From the NCBI RefSeq assembly GCF_000025685.1, contig NC_013967.1, positions 2,130,001 through 2,162,000 on the forward strand: a stretch of DNA of 32,000 nucleotides. Reading direction: 5' to 3'. Shown piece by piece: positions 30,860-32,000 of this stretch. A program made the translations under genes and the position numbers. Each line of letters begins with the position of its first letter. Positions within the stretch are counted from its first letter, which is position 1. The DNA comes from Haloferax volcanii DS2. GTDB lineage: Archaea; Halobacteriota; Halobacteria; Halobacteriales; Haloferacaceae. The notes below the pieces were generated by a model. That model saw only the letters and a list, made by a program, of their open reading frames with translations, was not told where the DNA came from and did no database searches.

Positions 30860-31873
30860 GCCGGTAAGCCGGATCTCCCGTGTCTTCCCTTTCTCTCCTC
30901 CGTAATGGTAGTCAGCTGAGATCAGATTGAGCTGTTCAAGCTGTTTCAGGTAGTCGCTGATCCGACGGCCAGACAACGGTGTACTGCCTCTTTCATCCAC
31001 GATTATCTCGTATCGATTGTAGATGCTTCCAGTGTTGACGACCGGCCCGGACTCCTGGGAGATCTCGGCGATTGCCTGGTAGAGGATTTTGTGGTGCTGA
31101 GATAGTGGTGATAACTGATTTTCGACGTAGAGACTGTATGCCTTCTCCTGAAGCCTTTTGACTAATTCTTCGGTGACGACATCGTCGGCGTTGTTGACTG
31201 CAGTTCTGAACCAAGTAAGCGCATACCCGGTGTTCTGTGTTGAGGAGGCGATGTAGGTTAACGCGGCTCGGTGTACTGTCCGGGGTTTCAGGCTTTTCGA
31301 GGCCCTGTCAGCAAGGATTTCATACGTCTGTTCTCCGGTGTAGGGTTCGAATCCGATTCTCTGTGGTTGCAGGGTGCTGTATGTCCGTGGTTCGACTTGT
31401 TCTTCGAGATCCTGGTGATTGGCCGTGATCAGAACTAATCCGAGGTTGCCGTTTGTCTCTAGACGGGATAGAAAGTACAGTAGGTCGTCGCCATCGTTGA
31501 GAAGCAGGAAGTCTAACTCATCTAGTACGATGATGGTTTCGACAGCTCCTGTTCCCTCCTTGATCTTTCTTTGTAGCTCGGAGGTGTGGTGGCCGGTTCC
31601 GATTGATTCTCCGGTTAGCTCTGAGTAGATTTTCCGTAGGGCCTTGTACTGAGTGTCGTATTCGATGCAGGAAAGATAGCAGACCTTTGCTTCAGCTTCC
31701 TCTAGAGTTTTCTTGGTGAGATGTGTTTTCCCGGTGCCACGAGGCCCGTGTAGATGTATATTGTGTAGCTGTTTTGCAGCCTGGGTGAGCTGTTGGGTTT
31801 CAGAGTCTCTATTGACTACTTTTTCAGGGACGTGGCCTTGTTCAAGTGGTATTTCATCGTTGGCGAGTTCCAT
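30851..31873 (-). CDS. orc1: Orc1/Cdc6-type replication initiator
   Basis: 340 aa. Walker A is LHGPRGTGKTHL and Walker B is IIVLDELDFLL. The C-terminal winged helix reads RRISDYLKQLEQLNLISADYHYGGEKGKTREIRL. Confidence 0.9.
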   Translation of the reverse strand: MELANDEIPLEQGHVPEKVVNRDSETQQLTQAAKQLHNIHLHGPRGTGKTHLTKKTLEEAEAKVCYLSCIEYDTQYKALRKIYSELTGESIGTGHHTSELQRKIKEGTGAVETIIVLDELDFLLLNDGDDLLYFLSRLETNGNLGLVLITANHQDLEEQVEPRTYSTLQPQRIGFEPYTGEQTYEILADRASKSLKPRTVHRAALTYIASSTQNTGYALTWFRTAVNNADDVVTEELVKRLQEKAYSLYVENQLSPLSQHHKILYQAIAEISQESGPVVNTGSIYNRYEIIVDERGSTPLSGRRISDYLKQLEQLNLISADYHYGGEKGKTREIRLTGLQ

Positions 31874-31924
31874 ACTGGTTTAGGAAAGGTGGAGTGTTAC
31901 GGGGGTTGAGCTTCACCAGGTTTC

Positions 31925-31990
31925 GTATGAGAAAATTGAGTGTAACTGATTTTGATATAGCCTTGGTTCCAAGCGAAACGTGGTCCGGGG
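31925..31990. other. Possible replication-origin elements next to orc1 (AT-rich stretch plus ORB-like box with G-string)
   Basis: An AT-rich stretch spans 31925-31960. GTTCCAAGCGAAAC (31966-31979) matches the ORB core GTTCCAGTGGAAAC, as I recall it, at 11/14 positions and is followed by GGGG (31987-31990). The window ends here. Confidence 0.3.
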
Positions 31991-32000
31991 AAGCAATATT

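Noticed and set aside
31343-31357. tRNA T-loop-like GGTTCGAATCC
   Set aside because: It lies inside orc1, coding RIGFEPYTG on the minus strand. The flanking bases cannot form T-arm or acceptor stems.
1-32000. CRISPR arrays, rRNA or tRNA genes, IS elements with terminal inverted repeats
   Set aside because: I saw no regularly spaced identical repeats of 25-40 bp, no rRNA-like or cloverleaf-forming segments, and no transposase-like ORFs on either strand.

Overview
The window reads as archaeal and halophile-like: very acidic proteins, an Orc1/Cdc6 gene, TATA-type or leaderless promoters, and GGTGAT/GGAGGTG Shine-Dalgarno sites. It is mobile DNA, either a plasmid or an integrated conjugative element. 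Left to right it holds: (1) the end of a type I R-M locus, with an hsdM 3' fragment and an hsdS built from two near-identical halves. (2) An integration module, a ribbon-helix-helix/wHTH protein coupled to a tyrosine recombinase. (3) A cargo pair that is my best candidate for an undescribed defence system: an N6-adenine methyltransferase fused to a C-terminal HEPN domain (853 aa), then a 1397-aa protein combining a PD-(D/E)xK-like nuclease, a NACHT/STAND-like NTPase and a long C-terminal region. (4) A nine-gene minus-strand operon, seven genes of which are linked by 4-nt overlaps, encoding a type IV secretion/conjugation-like apparatus (pilin-like, VirB6-like, VirB3/PrgI-like, VirB4, coupling-protein-like ATPase, wHTH). 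(5) A lower-GC cargo block containing a secreted lipoprotein. (6) DUF932-like and DUF2958-like plasmid/ICE accessory genes. (7) A DUF2254-like membrane protein paired with a second HerA/FtsK-type ATPase that carries wHTH and nuclease-fold-like C-terminal domains. (8) A second tyrosine recombinase with zinc ribbons, a stand-alone HEPN protein, coiled-coil proteins, and orc1/cdc6 with possible origin elements at the window edge. Other observations: an AATAGGT..CGGCCTC motif occurs at 1644, 1728 and 27348 and could mark att sites of a ~25.7 kb element. Several protein-like ORFs lack ATG/GTG/TTG starts but have ATT/ATA exactly 5-8 nt after a strong SD. I found no rRNA, tRNA or CRISPR array. All family assignments come from motifs read by eye and need HMM or structure confirmation.
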